Shown: in pieces, positions 13,012 to 25,101 of the stretch
Position numbering within the stretch: the stretch's first letter is position 1
How the letters are laid out: each line of letters begins with the position of its first letter
NCBI GenBank assembly: GCA_905178155.1
Contig: CAJINV010000008.1
Span: 2,857,303 to 2,921,302 of the forward strand
DNA from: Amoebophrya sp. A120
Taxonomy: Eukaryota > Protista > Dinoflagellata
Length of the DNA stretch: 64,000 bases
Direction of reading: 5' to 3'
Notes under the pieces: model-generated
Seen by the model: only the letters and a program-made list of their open reading frames with translations
Database searches by the model: none
Told to the model about the DNA's origin: nothing
Made by a program: the position numbers and the translations under genes

Positions 13012-15978
13012 ATGTTTGTGAGTGCTCTTCTGCTGATTGCTGTGTTCTTTTTCCAGGATGAGTGCCTCTGCATTAAGGTGGGTGCGACGATCGCAGCGAA
13101 GCCGTTCCTCTCTCTACCGGAGTTGCAGAGGACGAGGCAAACGTGCCGGCTATCCCATGGGTGCTTTGGTGCCGGACCGCTGCCTCCAGCGGCGTTTGAC
13201 GAGCGGGTGGGGGAAAGCGGCAAGCAGGCTGGTTTTTTGGGAGGCACGCTGCAGCCGCCGCCGCACGCTCGTGGGGATGATAGCAACTCTTCAGCGGTGT
13301 TTCTGCAACGCGCCGACGCTGGCTCTGTGCAGCTAGCAGCAGCAAGACCCCGCGAAGATGCAGGAGCAAGCGAGGGGCCGCAGGATGGCTACTTCGGCGG
13401 CACGACTCAAGACCTAATCGGGGATGATTTCGCATCGGAAGTAAGGTTACCACCCGTGGAAGTTGCGGTGGATCGTGCGAAAGTTGGTGTTTCCGGGTCA
13501 CGTCCACGGAATTATAAAGAAGGTAGCGCTTATTTCCACGTTCCAGCTCCTCTAGACGACGACTGGGATGTTGATCCCGACCAGCTGGAGGAACAGGCTT
13601 CTACCTACGCCAGTACAGCATATTGTTCCCCCGCGACGCAAACTGCCTCGCCTTTATCGACGGATCATGCAAAACTGTCTCCCACCCACGACGATCGCTA
13701 CAGCTTCGGCCTGGCGACGCTGCTGCCCGAGCCGACTGCACAGCCTGACACGACAGAGGGCAGCCCAGTATTTGGATCTGCGGCCGCAGCGACGCCGTCA
13801 CGTGAAGTCGACACAAGTGCTGGCATGTCGAAGAATGGGAGACGAATTACGGTGCCCGCGAGCGACCAAAGTTCGTTTTTCGAGGCGGTAATTTCTGCAG
13901 AACAAGCACACAGTACGTCTACCGGCCGAAGGCTACCACTGCAACCTTCCGCCCAATTCCAGCCGTTCCAGTTTAGGCCTGACTCGCGGAAGGAGTCCAT
14001 TGTTGCACCATCCGTTCGGCATGCCAAGGAAAAACTCAGCGGGACGATGAAAGGCGAGGCGGCGTTCGCAATGCAAAAAGCGTCATCGCCGTCGGGTCGG
14101 GAGCCAGGCAATAGACTGCAAGGCGCGGTAGAGCGTCGCGGGACGTCGGCCGGGGACGCGTCTGTGGGAACTGCTTTCTTCACCAGACCAGACCACGCGG
14201 AGAGCAGCCCCATACAAGAGTTGCGTGCAACGAGACCACCAAAGTCAATGGATCCGTGCGCCAGGCTGCTGCGGGATCGGATCCTCGAGCCTGGAGAGAA
14301 TGATGATCGAGTCGTAGCTCCTCATGACGATGCTGCTGGTGCTGGCGCTTCTTGCCGGAAAATGGAGCAGCAGAAGTACCCCCTCTGCGCGCTCTTATTC
14401 GATTTGCTGGAGCCTGTCGGGATCAACCCAAGATCAGCTGCTTTCAGTGCGCCGCGCGCGGGTAAAATTGAAGAGGCTGAGAGTTGTGCGGGCATTTTCC
14501 GTGGCGGGTGTGCTGTTGATGGGAATTTGTCGGAAGGAACAAACCTTCAGCGAACTAGCAGCTCCAGTTCTTCCTCAGGCGCGTCTACTGCTGCAAGTAG
14601 TTCGGCACAACAACCTGGCGGGAGCGAAAGCAGAAGCGGTTTCACCTCACAAGCTGGCAATGTTGTCGCAGCTAGTACCACGAGGACCCCGGCGGTTCCG
14701 TGTTACGAGTGGATGCTGCAACAAGCAGGGACCCACGGCCTGCTAGCACAGGAAGCGCGAAAATCCGACGCGCGCAAAGCCCGAGCCCGGGAAACCAGAG
14801 TCACAGATTTGCGTTCCTGTCTCGCGCCACCGCCGGCAAAGTTGGTGCGCGCCACCTGCTGCCCGATTGAGCAAGCTCGGTTCCTGTCTGCGCTTTACCG
14901 CCCGTTCAACGAGGTTCTACCGATTTACAGTGGGTCTGGGAGGGCACAACAACCAAGCGGCGCAGCAGGACGGGCAGCAGTACTGGTCCCCACAGATCAT
15001 AATTCTGGCGCGAGTAAAGCGGAGGAAACATCATTGGGCGAAACGCCTGTAGAAAGTCTGTCCTCTTCAACATCTGCGATCGCCACGTTTCTCAAGGTGT
15101 TACTCCTTTCCGACAAGGTGTCGCGAATCCTTGCGCTGGAGGAGGACGGTGATGATTCCGGACCACCTGCTTCAAGACCCCCATCTACGTCTCAGGCGCG
15201 CTGCCTCAGAGGAAGCACAGACAACAAAGTGTGGAAGACGTTTCCGCGCCTGCTGCGCAAAAACCACGGCCCCGGGCAACACAAGGGGCGACAGGGACGA
15301 AAGGTGAAGAAGTTTCTGGTGTACTTCTTCTCCGAAACACAAAAAGCACCAGGGAAAGCAAACCAGACCGCATCTTCTCGAGGGGGCGGGGGTGATACCA
15401 CTGCACCTTATGCCGTAGCGCCTTTGCTGGATCAGCTGGCGGGGCCGCTGGGGCAGATAGCACATCACATGCTGGGGGGCGACGAGGTCGGAAGACCTAC
15501 TGCTAGTAGTTCTACCTCTGGTCCACCTTGTTCTGGTGCGGGTCCCGTCGATGAATTAGGCTTCGGCCTCTACTTCGAGCAAGATATTGGCTGTGCTCCT
15601 GCCGGAAAGGCGACAGGAATGGCAGCAGAAAAAGACGATATATCGTCCCGTAGTTGCTGCAAAGCCGGATCAGCGGGAGCGTCCGATGTAGCTGTATTTT
15701 TGCACGACGAAGCGGGCCACGTCGTGCATGCGGGTGAAAATAAGGAAATAAAGTCCGGCGACGACCAGGAGCAGTCGCCCTGCGTGCGCGCGGTTCTCTG
15801 CAACGTACGTGCCTACCAGGTTCCGGTAATGCTTCCTTTGTTGGAGCAGCTGCGCCGCGCTGCGGCCTTCCCAGACCAGGTCGAGCGGGAACTGCAGACG
15901 GAGTGCAGTCTGGCCACCGTGGAGGAAAGCGTCCTGCTGCACTTGAGTAGAATGCTGCACTGCAGTCCGGAATCGTGA
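13012..15978 (+). CDS. Hypothetical secreted low-complexity protein (~988 aa), single exon
   Basis: Long uninterrupted ORF; ATG 13012 followed by hydrophobic MFVSALLLIAVFFF; no domain recognised. Confidence 0.6.
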   Translation: MFVSALLLIAVFFFQDECLCIKVGATIAAKPFLSLPELQRTRQTCRLSHGCFGAGPLPPAAFDERVGESGKQAGFLGGTLQPPPHARGDDSNSSAVFLQRADAGSVQLAAARPREDAGASEGPQDGYFGGTTQDLIGDDFASEVRLPPVEVAVDRAKVGVSGSRPRNYKEGSAYFHVPAPLDDDWDVDPDQLEEQASTYASTAYCSPATQTASPLSTDHAKLSPTHDDRYSFGLATLLPEPTAQPDTTEGSPVFGSAAAATPSREVDTSAGMSKNGRRITVPASDQSSFFEAVISAEQAHSTSTGRRLPLQPSAQFQPFQFRPDSRKESIVAPSVRHAKEKLSGTMKGEAAFAMQKASSPSGREPGNRLQGAVERRGTSAGDASVGTAFFTRPDHAESSPIQELRATRPPKSMDPCARLLRDRILEPGENDDRVVAPHDDAAGAGASCRKMEQQKYPLCALLFDLLEPVGINPRSAAFSAPRAGKIEEAESCAGIFRGGCAVDGNLSEGTNLQRTSSSSSSSGASTAASSSAQQPGGSESRSGFTSQAGNVVAASTTRTPAVPCYEWMLQQAGTHGLLAQEARKSDARKARARETRVTDLRSCLAPPPAKLVRATCCPIEQARFLSALYRPFNEVLPIYSGSGRAQQPSGAAGRAAVLVPTDHNSGASKAEETSLGETPVESLSSSTSAIATFLKVLLLSDKVSRILALEEDGDDSGPPASRPPSTSQARCLRGSTDNKVWKTFPRLLRKNHGPGQHKGRQGRKVKKFLVYFFSETQKAPGKANQTASSRGGGGDTTAPYAVAPLLDQLAGPLGQIAHHMLGGDEVGRPTASSSTSGPPCSGAGPVDELGFGLYFEQDIGCAPAGKATGMAAEKDDISSRSCCKAGSAGASDVAVFLHDEAGHVVHAGENKEIKSGDDQEQSPCVRAVLCNVRAYQVPVMLPLLEQLRRAAAFPDQVERELQTECSLATVEESVLLHLSRMLHCSPES

Positions 15979-18073
15979 AGGAAGCAACGGGAAAGGACGC
16001 TCGCCTGGTACGGTTGTTTGGAGCTGCAGCACCTGCGAACCATCGTCGCAGAGAGGAAACCAAGAAACCCTGGTTTGGGGCAGTGTTTCGTTTTGACATC
16101 AGGGGTTTCTCATCGATGGCGCATTGATTTTCGGAAATAAACCGTGCAATCACGAAAGAGTCGCAGTTATATTATGCTACATGAGACGAAGCGGAGATGG
16201 TGCATCCCTCCGGGTTTGGAACATGGTCTTGGTGACAGTGGTGCGTGGCGGTTTTTTCTGCTTTGCAGCCCAACGTCTGGGCTGTGTCCTCCTCGGCAAC
16301 AACCTTTTTGAATAATTTAGCTTTTTTAGAAAAAATGTTTCGTCCGTCCAAATGCAAAGTTTTTTTGAGCAGGTAAGAAGTTACGATTGACCTCCCGCAC
16401 TTCGTTCATACGTTTGTGGAAATGGGAGAAATGCTTTGCGCGAGGACGCAGACGTGTTTGTGAGGGCCGTAGGGACACTAGTAATTGGTGTTGTTTTTAC
16501 TTCTACGTTCCTACATACAAGCCAGGTAGTTGCCTCGGGTTTTTTTCATTTGTTTCCCAAATGAACTCCTACGCGATCTTCAGCTGATGTACGACTGCTT
16601 GCACCCTCTCCCCCTTCTCACCACCATACCATCGACATGCAACAGCTGCTCTTCAACATGCCTCATGTTACGGCGATTTCGGAGACAGCGGCCGAAATCT
16701 CACCTGCAACTCCACTCCCCGCCCGACCAGCTCAACTACCGACTCAACTGCCCGCACACCGCAACCCTATTCCCGACGGTACGGTGGACACGTACGCTAC
16801 GACACCTTCCTCGCGTCCCTCTTTGCAGTGCCATCGGTTTTTCGGACCCCAGCGCAGCAGTCACCAATTTTGTGCCGATTTCCATCTCCGCAGACACAGG
16901 CGGGCCCTTGCCCTACTAATTTTAGCCCGAAGCTGCTGCTACTTAGTTTGTGCTTCCAGTAGGGAAGTTCTCTGTGCTCTTTATCCTTGCAGCGTGATCT
17001 GAATGTTGATGGAAATGCATCACAAATGCGGTACTCCGGCGAAGCCGCGCGGCAATGAAGATCTTCGATGAAGTGACTGCTCTACCCGGAAGGAAGAAAA
17101 AAATAGTCCTAAAAAATTTAGCTTATGCGATCAACAGGCTCGAAGATTCGTCTCCGGAAGTCAATTTCAGCACGCCTTCCATTAAGTCCCCTAGGGTCTG
17201 GTCTTCTAATCCAGGCGGTACAAAACATTTCGTGCTTGGCTTCTAAACGAGTTTCCTTGCCTCTCGGCGGTAGTCCGTCTAATAAATAGTCCCCAGTTCT
17301 AGGTGGCGCCGCTTGTGGCTGTCACGAGGTGACTCGCACCTCCCCGGAGTGAGAGAAGGTTCGTTACCGGGTTTCAGTACCTTCCGTCTGGCCTGGGCTC
17401 CTGGTGCTGCAATCACCGTTAGGAGTATAAGAATTAAGAACATAAGCCATTGACCACTGGGTCGCTGTGGCGAAGCGTCTGCGCGCACCATCAGAAGTGC
17501 GTTGACGTGCCTTGCTTTTCTCTCGTGCACCATCAGAAGTGCACTGAATCGCGAGCGTATGCTATGCTATGCTATGTTGCTGTTGCAGCTTGTCTGTATA
17601 TCGGCTTTACAACTTTTTCTTTTTGTGGAAATGAAACAACCACGGAAGTCGAGTACTCTGTGGCATTATGGTACTGCGTTTCTACAACGAACTGTCCCTC
17701 TGAGAAATAAGCATCACGTGGCAACGTAGACGATGCGGCGCATTGCTTCGTAGTCTCTTGCATGCTCGGTGACACCGCACTCGCAGACGTAGGCACGGCA
17801 GCATGCTTCCCGAGTAAGAGCGACCGCAAGGTTCCTGCTCCAGCGAGGTTCCTGCTTCCTGCTGCGGCGAGGCCCACATTGGAAATTGCGACGCTCAACA
17901 CGCCGTCCAGTGTTTTGCCGTTGCAGTCAAATGAACACTATGACCAGCTGCGTGGTGTCTTGTTGTACAACTGAACAAGTGATGCAGTAGTTGTCCTCCT
18001 CTTCCTGATTCAGTTCTAGTGAGGAGCAGCAAAGCCAGCTTCCTGCTAGGTCTTCTTACCCGACGGGCAATCG

Positions 18074-20824
18074 ATGACGGACCAGCATCGTGCCCGCTTT
18101 CTTGCCGCGGAAAAGCAGGATGGTGTGCGGTTTTCCTGGAACATTTGGCCGTCGAGTCGCATCGACGCCACGCGCATTGTCATGCCGCTCGCGTGTCTGT
18201 ACACGCCGCTGAAGAAAACGGACCAGCTGCGGGTTGTGAATTACGACCCGCTGAACTGTCGGAAGTGCGGAGCTGTGATCAATCCGTACGCCGTTCTGGA
18301 CTACCGGCGGAAAACCTGGCGCTGCTGCTTCTGCGACAGCGAGAACGCGTTCCCGGGTTTCTACGCCGAGCGGTTGTCAGAGCAAAGTCTCCCCCTGGAG
18401 TGCCAACTCTCCACCATCGAGTACATTCTCCCGAACCAGAGGTCCAATCCGCCGTTGTTTCTCTTTGTCCTGGACCGCGCGTTGAACAATGCGGAGGACG
18501 AGCTGGAGTTCGAAAAGGCGAAGGACGCGCTGCAGGAGGTGTTCACGTTGCTGCCGCCGACCGCGCTCGTCGGCTTTATCACGTTCGGGCACCTCGTCCA
18601 GGTGTTCGAACTCCGTTTCGAGGACCTGCCGAAAAGCTACGCCTTCAGCGGGGCGAAGCCCTACACCGCGGCGCAGGTCAGTCGGCAGCTGTTCCTGCGG
18701 CGCGACTACTACGGCAGCACCTCGGGCGGGTACGGTGGTCACAACAGCAGCGGGCAAAATGATCGCTTTGCATCTTCTTCGAGCGCCGGGGTGGGCGGGG
18801 GCCCAACGACGACAACTTATTCCACTCCCGACAGCCGATTCGTGGCGCCGGCGCAGGAGTGCGACTTCATTTTCCGGTCGATTCTGGACGATTTGACCCC
18901 GGACCGCTTTCCCCGCGACGGGCCGTCCGCGCGCGTGAACCGTTGTACCGGCGCCGCCATTTCCGTCGCGGTTTCGCTGGCCGAGAATTTGTCCGCGCTG
19001 GTCTGTGGCACGCGGATCGTGCTGCTCACCTCCGGCCCCTGCACGGTGGGCCCCGGGCAGGTGGTGGTGAAAAACAAAGCGGAGTGTCTGCGCTCCTGGC
19101 ACGACATCCAGAAGAACAACACCAACGCCCAGCCCTGCAAGGCCGCGACCCGGTTCTACGCCGAGGAGCTGGCCCCGCGGTGCGCCCGCGACGGCATCGC
19201 CCTCGACCTTTTCGCGTGCTCCCTGGACCAGGTGGGGATTTTGGAGATGCGGTCTTTGTGCGAAACCACGGGGGGGATGCTGGTGATGAGCGACGCGTTC
19301 TCCATGCACGTCTTCCGTGACAGTTTCCTGCGGATGTTCATTAACCTGGACCCGGCCTCGAACGCGGAAGTTCATCGGAATTCCGGCCGCAACGCGCGGA
19401 TCACCTGCACCGCCTCCAAGCAGGTCAAGCTCGCGGGGGTCGTCGGTGGCTGCAAGTCGCTGCAAAAGAGGCACGCGTGCGTCTCGGAGATGGAGGAGAT
19501 TGGGGAGGCGCAGACGAACGAGTGGGCGGCGGCCGTGCTGGACGAGGACAGCAGCTTTTGCTTTTTTCTCGACAAGACACTGAACGAAGCATCGGAGCAG
19601 ATAGAGGTCCCGCACCAAGGAGGAGCCGGGACAAATTTTCAAGTCGGCTACCTCCAATTCCGCACCTTTTACACCGACCTGCAGCAGCAGAAGCGCGTGC
19701 GCGTCACGACTCTCGCGCGGGGGTTTGCGGACCCCAGCCTGTCGGACATCGCCACCGGCTTCGACGACGAGGCGGCCACGGTGGTGCTGGCCAGGTACGC
19801 GGTGTCGCTCTTGGACCAAACCGCGTTTTACGGGGAAACGGATGAAATTCTGCGAAAGATCGACCGGATCCTGATCCGCTTGATGTCGCGGTTCGCGCAG
19901 TACAACAAACACGAGTTTGAATCCTTCCAGCTGCCCGAGGAGTTCACCAGCTTCCCGCAGTTTGTCTACAACCTCCGCCGGTCCGCGTTTCTGAATTTCT
20001 TCAACTGTTCCCCCGACGAAACCGCCTTCTACCGGGCGCAGCTCCGCCAGCAAACCTGCCAGAACAGCCTGCTGATGATCCAGCCCACGCTGGTTTCCTA
20101 CGGCTTCGATTGTCTGTACGGCCGCAGTGTGCTGCTCGACTCGACCAGTCTCGACAAAAAGGTGATCCTGCTCCTCGACACCTTTTTCCATGTCGTCCTG
20201 TGGCGGGGCGAAACGATTCAGCAGTGGTTCGAGGCGAAGTACCACGAGATGCTGCCGGAGTACCAGAACTTCAAAGACTTACTAGAACAGCCAGCCCGGG
20301 ATATCCTAAGTAAAAACGTACCCACACCAGAGTCAGGATGGGGATTTTGCAACACAAACCTAGGAGTTTTGTGAGTCACGCATGACAAGTTGCGCTATGC
20401 AGTGTAGTGCAGGTTAGCAAGTGCAGCCGCATCACAGATTTATCTGCTCATCCTGTTCACAGCATCACAAATTCCAAAACACGACTGGAAATGGCTCTCA
20501 TGGGGATGCGCATTACAAGTCTTCCTGTCTTTGCATATCTGCATTTACAACTCTGGCGTGGGTACGTTTTTACTCAGGATACGGGACGCGCTCCTGCTGC
20601 TGAAGCAGCGCCCCCTGGTCCCGAAGTTTGTCCAAACCTACGCGAACGGGAGTCAGGCCCGGTTTCTGGTGAACCGCGTAAACCCTTCGTCCGCCTCCGG
20701 GGCGGGCGGCGCGGGGATGGGCGGCATCGTACCAGAGCAAGCGACGGTGTTGACCGAGGACGTGGGTATGCGCGGCTTCATGGAAAGTCTGATAAAATAC
20801 TGTGTAGAGTCGGAAGCCTCTTGA
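18074..20824 (+). CDS. SEC23: COPII coat protein Sec23, 2 exons (18074-20301, 20587-20824)
   Basis: DGVRFSWNIWP, zinc finger CRKC...WRCCFC, GPCTVGPG, DLFACSLDQVG, FPQFVYNLRRS, SPDETAFYR, LLLDTFFH; after the intron GSQARFLVNRVNPS and VLTEDV. Confidence 0.96.
20302..20581. mobile_element. TIR intron element, family B
   Basis: TATCCTAAGTAAAAACGTACCCACACCAGAGT / ACTCTGGCGTGGGTACGTTTTTACTCAGGATA; TSD CGGGA. Confidence 0.93.
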
Positions 20825-21515
20825 TCTTCGGGGAGATGAGCTTCATTCAATAGTAAGTACCCTTCCTTGTTCGCGATGTTGCGGTGGAGCACAGAGATGG
20901 TATCTAATGTTATCAGTACAGTGTGTTCGCAGCATGACGACCCACATTTTGCTTCAAACCGTCTGTTGACGGTTTGAAGCAAATAGCAGCAGAAAAGGTT
21001 CCACACCTGTCTTGATTTGTTACAATGAGAAAGTATTCTTCCTCGGGTCTCAAATTTGTTTGAATTGCCGCTCCAGATGAAAATAATTCAAATTCTCCAG
21101 TACCACCACCATTCCAGTAGACAGCAAATCATTGCATTGGAGAAAGTGAATGCATGGTTCTCTAAGTAGATTTTTTATCCTTGACATGACTCCGTTTTTG
21201 CGAAAGCTGGATCGCTTTTTTTAGCGTTTCTGTGCCGGAAAATCATCCTTTAGTATCTCCTTCACGACTACAGAATTTAATACAGTCGACACTTTTATTT
21301 TTTGACCACCACACGCACACGCGCAGGCTACCACGCTGCACTAGGGACCATACTGTTACGGACTTTTTGGCACGTTTACAACACACATTGATCATTCCAT
21401 TTGTGCTGGAACAGTTAGCTCGCGCGTCTTGACAGCGAAAGCAGCCTTAATATCGGCGGAAAGCTCATACATTCCTATTTTTTATACATCGGAAGAAAGG
21501 CGGAGCAAAAAAACC

Positions 21516-23702
21516 ATGTTTCGTTCTCTTCTCCCCATTCTGCTCGTCTCCACTTCTCACCTCTCCCCGGTCTCAGCCAAGAAGAAATGTCCCGGGCACT
21601 TTGGCGGGAAAACCAACGTGGCGAATCTGTGCGAGTCGCACTTTCCGGACAAGGCTTCTGAGAAAATATGGTTCATCAAGTTTTACGCCCCCTGGTGCGG
21701 GCACTGCAACAGCATGAAACAGGCTATCCTTGAGAAAAAAGCTAGCCCCTCACCACGTAATGCAGATGCAGAAATATTATATGCATCACAGAAGAAAATG
21801 TCTCTTCGATTTGCTATTTTTTTACATTATTGTTGCATTACGACCTTTATTGATGTGCTATGCTAGCAATTTTCTGCGTGATACAGCCCTGGATGGATTT
21901 GGGCAAGGAGTTGAAAGACGACAAGGAAATCGGAATCGGCGCCGTTGACTGCATATGCACTGCAAGTGTTTCTGGGTCGGGATAATGTGATGCTCGTTTT
22001 GTAAGTCAACAAGATATGCCGTAATGCATGTATGCGTAGGATAGGAGTGGCGAGTCTTTCCTTTTTCGTGGCGCACTGCAGGCCAGGTTGTCAGACTCTT
22101 GAAAGTACTAGATACAGATGATGTAGAACGACATTAATAGTCTTGGTATGCAGCTGTCCCTCTCACGTCGCAGAACTATCGAAGAGACCGCCATTTTTCT
22201 AGTTGCACGCAAGAATCAGCAAGACAAAGCACCCGTTTTGAGACCCCGTCGACATGTTTGTACTTGATACTGCGACAACGAGGGCAACAAACCTCTGTGC
22301 GGCAAGTACGGCGTGCAGGGCTTTCCGACGATCAAGGCAATAGTGGCAGGAAAGACGAAGGCGTACAATGGCGCCCGGGAAAAGCCGGCGTTCAAGCAGT
22401 ACATCCTGGATTTGAAAGCAAAACGAGGCAGCAAGGGCGGGAGTGCGAAGTGCGCGAAGGGCATCTTCAAGTCCACGCTGAAGGATTCCGTCTTGCCCCT
22501 GTGCGCAAAACACTTCCCGGACGAAAAATCAAAGTTCTCCTGGGTCACTGTCCTGTACGAAAAGGAAAAACTCGAGAAAAGCGACGTATTATTCGAAAAG
22601 TTTTGGAAGATTTTTTGTAGAAGTCGAACAGTGAATGTGAATGTGAAATGCAAAACTAACTCAACTCGAAGTTGTAGTAGGCGCAAGTATAATAGTAGAA
22701 GCGGTGCCTGTTCCAGGATGCTCAAGTACATAACAAGTTGTAAATCGTTGGACTTGTGAATTTCACTCTTCAGGAATTCAATCGGCTTGCGTTGGAGTTT
22801 GGCAATGAGCCCGCGGATAAAAACAAGTCTTTGAAGAGCAACAAGAAGCAATCGGAGCGGTTATCCGAGATCAAGGAGAAGTATTCAGTCAAGGCCGACG
22901 ACGGAAAAAGAAAGGCGGGGAAAAGTACAACTACACTTGTTGTTATTCTTTTTCTACTCCCAGGTAGGTGGTAGTGTACGGCAAGCATCTTGTTCGGAGG
23001 ACAGGCAGCATGCGGCCTGCATCTTGCCTGAGAGCAACAGAAGATTTGCCTGCACGACTCGCTTCACTAGAAAAAGAAGCCGGTACTATGAAAATTGAAG
23101 GAGCTCCAGAATGTTGACAGTCGACTCGTCTAATTAAAAAATCTATCATCTTCAAAAAATCAGGCAAAGACGCGCTCGCAAAATTCGGTGCGGTGTGCTG
23201 CGACTGCGAGAAGGAGAAAGACGCGAAGTGCGAGGGGCTGGAGAGCAAGGACCTGCCGAAGTTTTCGGTTTATAACCACGTTTCGAAAAAAACGTTTGTC
23301 TTCGACCAGAAGTACGACGTGGATCAGCTCACCGGGTTCACACTGGAAAAGCTGCAGTTTGTAGCGGAAGGGGGAGTATCAAATGTAAAAATGTCTGGGT
23401 CTGGAAGAATGCAACTCGTCATGCTAAATCTGAAGCATGCAAAAATCTGTGTTGCATGATTACCAAAAGTCGTCCAGTTTTGACCAAGTCGGGAGGGAGT
23501 TTCTCATGCAGCATAGGCATAAGAGAGATCGCACAGAATCTGTCATGCTAGGTCCTGCATTCCAGACCTCATGGGTCATGGAAAAGCTGCATGACAAGAA
23601 GTCGCGCACTCTTCCAGACCCAGACACTTTTACACTTGATAGGGAGCTGCCGCTGCGGCGACAGGGAGTGCGGGGGCGAAGAAGAAGAAGGAAGAGCTTT
23701 AG
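21516..23702 (+). CDS. Protein disulfide isomerase/thioredoxin-domain ER protein ending KEEL, 6 exons
   Basis: Signal peptide, FYAPWCGHC, IGAVDC, KYGVQGFPTIK; three TIR introns plus probable GT-AG introns 22586-22773 and 22925-23163; last exon gives ...AGAKKKKEEL*. Confidence 0.85.
21725..21883. mobile_element. TIR intron element, decayed
   Basis: TATCCTTGAGAAAAAAGCTAGC / GCTAGCAATTTTCTGCGTGATA; TSD caggc/cagcc; can be read as a GC-AG intron 21723-21886. Confidence 0.8.
21954..22269. mobile_element. TIR intron element, decayed family A relative
   Basis: TATGCACTGCAAGTGTTTCTGGGTC ... GACATGTTTGTACTTGATA; TSD ctgca/ctgcg; removal restores VDC-xNEGNKPLCGKY. Confidence 0.75.
23377..23641. mobile_element. 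TIR intron element, family A
   Basis: Family A TIRs; TSD GGGAG (23372-23376, 23642-23646). Confidence 0.93.
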
Positions 23703-24313
23703 GTATGAGTGTGAATCCCTTCCCCACGACCCCTTTGAATCAATTCCCCAAGCACCACCACCCGACCCGGATCACTACCCCACATCCCCCGCGCCGGCTG
23801 GCCTCGAAGATTCCCTTCTCTTCGCGATGCGTCTCCCGTCCGAGCTCCGTCCCTTCCCGCCACCCCGTGGGCCTTAGCTTCTTCCTGGCCCTTATCCTTT
23901 GCGCTCTTTGCCATCCATATTGCTGTTATGCCCCCGTCGTGTTTCCGTGCCGTATCTCCTTGCGGTATTGCGTGCCCCGTCGACTATAAGATAACGGATC
24001 AGTCACGCAGCCTGAAGACTCAAGCACGTTGCAGCAGATACCTGCATCTGCATGACTCCGAAGTAGATCGCACAGCAGCAAGGCTGCAATCCTCCAGGCG
24101 CAGTCGCGTTGTGGTCGACACTCATCAAGACCTTCGTCGACCAGGAGTGCGACGTGGTGAAGTGCAGCGCAGTGGGGAAGTGCTGGACGACGGGGATGTG
24201 CGGTGGTGGAGAGGTGAGGTTTGACTTCTCCACCTGCCTACCACTGGGGTAGTACCTCCCCAGGGTGGGGCGGTGGGGAGCTGATGCGTGCGGAGGTGAT
24301 TCACACCATAGCC
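23702..24313. mobile_element. Mutator-like non-autonomous element with 9-bp TSD, inserted in the stop codon of the PDI-like gene
   Basis: TSD AGAGCTTTA at 23693-23701 and 24314-24322; ends GG-TATGAGTGTGAATCCCTTCCCCACG vs reverse complement GGCTATGGTGTGAATCACCTCCGCACG; degenerate pairing continues ~80 bp. Confidence 0.65.
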
Positions 24314-25101
24314 AGAGCTTTAGGCGGGGACCTTGCTTTGGAGATCGGAGTTTTCACTTGTTGTAAATGTTAACTTTGTTGTATCATGTCTCCTGAGCCG
24401 AGTACGGCTTGATAACAATGACGACAATAGACGACCAAAACGCAGGATGTAGAATTTGAATCGAACTGAAACCTATGTTCACGTACATGGGTCTGCATAT
24501 TCTACATTTGCGGTCTATGGTTTTATCACCACCAGAAACCTGTTCTGTTGATTTCAATGGCAGTGACGAATGAATTTTACTAAACGGCTTAACAAAAACG
24601 CGGTGCATTTTCACTGCCCCGCTGACTCGGTGATGCTGAGCGGAAGTGTTCTATGAGATTACGGCTTGCGCAAGCTCGAGCATGTGCCTTGCAAAGATGC
24701 CAAAATGTAAAGGGAGGAAACTCTTGTCCCATGGTTTATAGCCCAAAAAAGAATCGTCTAGCACGTAGACGCTGACCTCCAAGCACCGAGAGCAAAGTCA
24801 GCTGTTGCGAATCCACGAAGAGGGAAGACACCAAGAAGAAAGTTGGCGCAAAAGCTGAAACGCTTCTACTGAGGTACGGGGGCACTCAAATCAAAAAAAA
24901 TTGCTGCACTGAAGTGGCGCGAACTATTTTATACGAGAAACAAACGGATGAAAAATGAATATTGTTGTTGTAGGTGCGAGCGATGTCTGTTGTTAGAGCC
25001 CTTTTCTATCGGTTTCTGTTCCAAGGGTAAAGCTGCAGAGCTAAACAAAGGTATATTGAAAGGCACTAATAATCAGGACTTAATAGTTATGCTTATGAAC
25101 G

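Noticed and set aside
15979-18073. Short ORFs, a 16-bp direct repeat (gcaccatcagaagtgc, ~17485 and ~17527) and a (tatgc)n run
   Set aside because: No coherent gene model; the repeats are too short to support a feature.
18377-20245. 622-aa minus-strand ORF
   Set aside because: Antisense shadow of the GC3-rich Sec23 CDS; no recognisable motifs.
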